From NCBI GenBank assembly GCA_030601675.1, contig JAUWBN010000004.1, positions 2,113 to 66,112 of the forward strand: a stretch of 64,000 bases of DNA, written 5' to 3'. The stretch comes from Hadesarchaea archaeon. GTDB taxonomy: Archaea > Hadarchaeota > Hadarchaeia > Hadarchaeales > Hadarchaeaceae. Positions 62,372 through 64,000 of this stretch are shown here, piece by piece (positions within the stretch are counted from its first letter, which is position 1; each line of letters starts with the position of its first letter). The translations under genes were made by a program, and so were the position numbers. The notes beneath the pieces were generated by a model. That model searched no databases. It was given only the letters and a program-made list of their open reading frames with translations, and was not told the origin of the DNA.

Positions 62372-62671
62372 TTATTTGAACCACGCCGCGTCCACGAGAA
62401 CGAGCTTCTCGCCCTTGTCTACTCTGTATCCAAAGCGATGGCGACCGATTCGAAGGCGGTAGTCGAACTCAGCCCCCTTCCAAGGAGCGACATCCACTCC
62501 CGACCTCGACGTGAACGGATTCATTGCGAGTTCCCGAAGGGCGGCGGCACAGCGCTCCGCATCCTTGGGCGCGTCCCGCTTGAGCTTCACGAGATACCTC
62601 GATGCTTCGTGGTGGAGCCGAACTTCATAGCCCAAGCTTCTCAAGAATCTCTTCGAGGGGGACGTACTCAT
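62372..62671 (-). CDS. RelE/ParE-superfamily toxin
   Basis: …YEVRLHHEASRYLVKL…FDYRLRIGRHRFGYRVDKGEKLVLVDAAW pattern. The likely true start is TTG 62635 (MGYEVRL…), overlapping the antitoxin end by 11 nt. Confidence 0.7.
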   Translation of the reverse strand: MSTSPSKRFLRSLGYEVRLHHEASRYLVKLKRDAPKDAERCAAALRELAMNPFTSRSGVDVAPWKGAEFDYRLRIGRHRFGYRVDKGEKLVLVDAAWFK

Positions 62672-62834
62672 CCTCTCTCATCTCCTTAAGCTCGGAGAGA
62701 GTTGGGGGCTTGCGGGGCAGTGTCTCTTCGAGCAGGCGGTTGACGAGCCTGTCGTAACTCTCCCGTTCGAGACGATACCGTTCGAGGCGTCGCTTGGTTT
62801 CGGGTTTCAGGGCGATGGTTGTGTATGTCTCCAT
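62625..62834 (-). CDS. Putative antitoxin (ribbon-helix-helix-like)
   Basis: 69 aa directly upstream of and overlapping the toxin. N-terminal TTIALKPETKRRLERYRL is a beta-strand/helix pattern. Acidic C-terminal tail. Confidence 0.6.
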   Translation of the reverse strand: METYTTIALKPETKRRLERYRLERESYDRLVNRLLEETLPRKPPTLSELKEMREDEYVPLEEILEKLGL

Positions 62835-63220
62835 TGCAGCTCACCGTTTATAACTGTCTTATAGAATACTTATAACTCTTTCGGGGGGCGGTTCTATTGC
62901 ATTGTCTCAAAATATGGGGGTGGATGGATCGTTTCTCAACAAGTCGAAGTTGGTGCGCCTGTCTTCACGGTAAAGGTTCTCCCGGACGCCCCGCCTCTGC
63001 GCTCTACTTTTGCTGAATGGGCCCGAAGGGATTCGCCCCCGCACCACAGGCTTGGGATATAGACAGCGTTTCAAAATCGGACACTTTTTATAAAAAAACT
63101 AGAGTGATCTTGATAATTTGAAAAATCGGCAAAAAATAAATGGTCATGAGATTAATTGGTTGGACTCTAGCAAGTCTTTTATTTTCTAACATTGATATTA
63201 ACAAGGTGAAAATCTATGTT

Positions 63221-63607
63221 CAGAAAGAAGAAAAAGCTGAAAAAGAAAAAGATCCGAAAGAGGTAAGCATATTGGGATACATGAAAGGTGGTATGCATGG
63301 AAGAGGTGCTAGGAAGCATCCCAAAGAGGCTAAGGACAGACCGCTCTCTAAGAAAGAAAAAGAAGAGAGAAAAAGAAAAAAGTGGAAATATCTGTAGACG
63401 TAGAAATTTGAGGAAAAGAAAAAAGGATTGATTGAGCTAATGGTCGAAATGCCATAGATAGAGAGAAAAGAAAAGGAAAAAGAGAAACAAAAATAAATTG
63501 CTGAAAATGACAATTTAAATTGATTAAAAAGTCCTGAAAAAGTCGAAGAAAAATCAGAAAAAGTGAGAAAAAGTCCGAATAAAGTTGATGAAAAGTGCCT
63601 AAAGTGG
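63221..63607 (+). repeat. About 390-bp polypurine (A/G-rich) low-complexity tract ending in helically phased A-tracts
   Basis: Plus strand almost entirely A/G in long runs (AGAAAGAAGAAAAAGCTGAAAAAGAAAAAG…). Within 63526-63607 there are eight (A)3-5GT units with 3' ends spaced 9-11 nt apart. Confidence 0.7.
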
Positions 63608-63737
63608 TAGGTCTGGCTCCTGAAGAAGCGACTTTAGAGGAGAGGTCATCGAAAGTAATTTTGTTTTTTTGTTCATGACCCTTTAGATCGGGCTAGTATT
63701 CGATAACAGTGTTACGGGGGTAATTAGCATAAAGGAG

Positions 63738-64000
63738 ATGACCGAGATGGGCAAGCTCAAGGAGGGGCGTTTTGTAATTATCGACGGCGAGCCCTGCCGC
63801 ATCGTGGGTTTCTCCATCTCAGTGCCCGATAAGCATGGGCGCGCGGAGGCGAAGGTCGACGGGTTAGGAATTTTCGACTCTCAAAAACGAAGTATCGTTC
63901 GCCCTACCAGCGCCAATGTGGAGGTGCCGATAATCGAGCGGGGCAGCGCCCAAGTGCTCGCGGTCATAGCGAACAATGCCCAGCTCATGAATCTGACGAC
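63738..64000 (+). CDS. eif5a: Translation initiation factor 5A (aIF5A), N-terminal part; runs off the window end
   Basis: GGAG then ATG 63738. MTEMGKLKEGRFVIIDGEPCRIVGFSISVPDKHGRAEAKVDGLGIFD… is the eIF5A SH3-like domain, with the hypusine-loop context (x-K-H-G-x-A-x-A-K-V). Confidence 0.85.
   Translation, partial: MTEMGKLKEGRFVIIDGEPCRIVGFSISVPDKHGRAEAKVDGLGIFDSQKRSIVRPTSANVEVPIIERGSAQVLAVIANNAQLMNLT

Noticed and set aside
62880-63055. GC-rich 170-bp block within the AT-rich spacer, with 5' GGGGGCG and 3' CGCCCCCGCACCA ends reminiscent of a tRNA acceptor stem/CCA or an att-site tRNA fragment
   Set aside because: I could not fold a cloverleaf. There is no D-arm, no GTTCGAAT-like T-loop, and the spacing is wrong. 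No start-containing ORF is present. Covariance-model searches (tRNA, SRP, other ncRNA) would be needed before calling anything.
63140-63513. Lys/Glu-rich 85-aa ORF (plus) and its Phe/Ser-rich mirror ORF (minus) inside the polypurine tract
   Set aside because: Both are explained by the A/G-rich low-complexity DNA. There are no motifs, and the two mutually overlapping frames cannot both be real. They are kept only as context for the polypurine finding. The plus ORF cannot be strictly excluded.

Overview
This is a GC-rich archaeal chromosomal fragment. The evidence is archaeal ribosomal proteins LX, L31e, L39e and S19e, aIF6, aIF5A, RNase P Rpp21, Nep1, proteasome beta, RFC small subunit, an archaeal CCA-adding enzyme and prefoldin. 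It is densely coded on both strands and interrupted by several visibly AT-richer islands.

Layout:
- 1-4400: conserved translation-apparatus cluster plus tRNA-Gly.
- 5.6-22.4 kb: a large metal/Fe-S themed region. It holds DtxR-FeoA/FeoB, a DUF134-like regulator, two MBL hydrolases, four RG/aromatic-rich DUF5320-like proteins, NifX-like domains, two MinD-ferredoxin ATPases, a Zn-ribbon protein, a ZIP transporter, Mrp/NBP35, DUF364, a His/Cys membrane protein, thioredoxin, AhpD-like, DUF1847 and radical SAM genes.
- 23-46 kb: housekeeping and metabolism (FdrA-like, amidohydrolase, PHP, HAD, ThpR, CCA enzyme, HDAC, Dph6-like, PsmB, PurC, PfkB kinase, tungsten-type AOR, carbamoyltransferase, ThrC, HD hydrolase, rhomboids).
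- 46.6-53.8 kb: a eukaryote-type topoisomerase IB, a Fic protein, and a mosaic low-GC island carrying a type IIG restriction-modification enzyme and an orphan gene. The island is nested between remnants of an older homologue.
- 53.9-64 kb: TopA, RfcS, IleS, class II HMG-CoA reductase, a RelE-type TA pair, an unusual polypurine/phased A-tract spacer, and the start of aIF5A.

The best candidate for an undescribed system is the bipartite DUF134/MBL/DUF5320-like/NifX-like/MinD-Fer4/Mrp/DUF364 cluster. Its four transcription-unit starts share an ATGTGCAAT-type box, and its proteins share RG/Pro-Tyr low-complexity modules.

All family assignments were made by eye from motifs. No searches or computations were run. 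Start codons are often uncertain because GTG/TTG starts are frequent.
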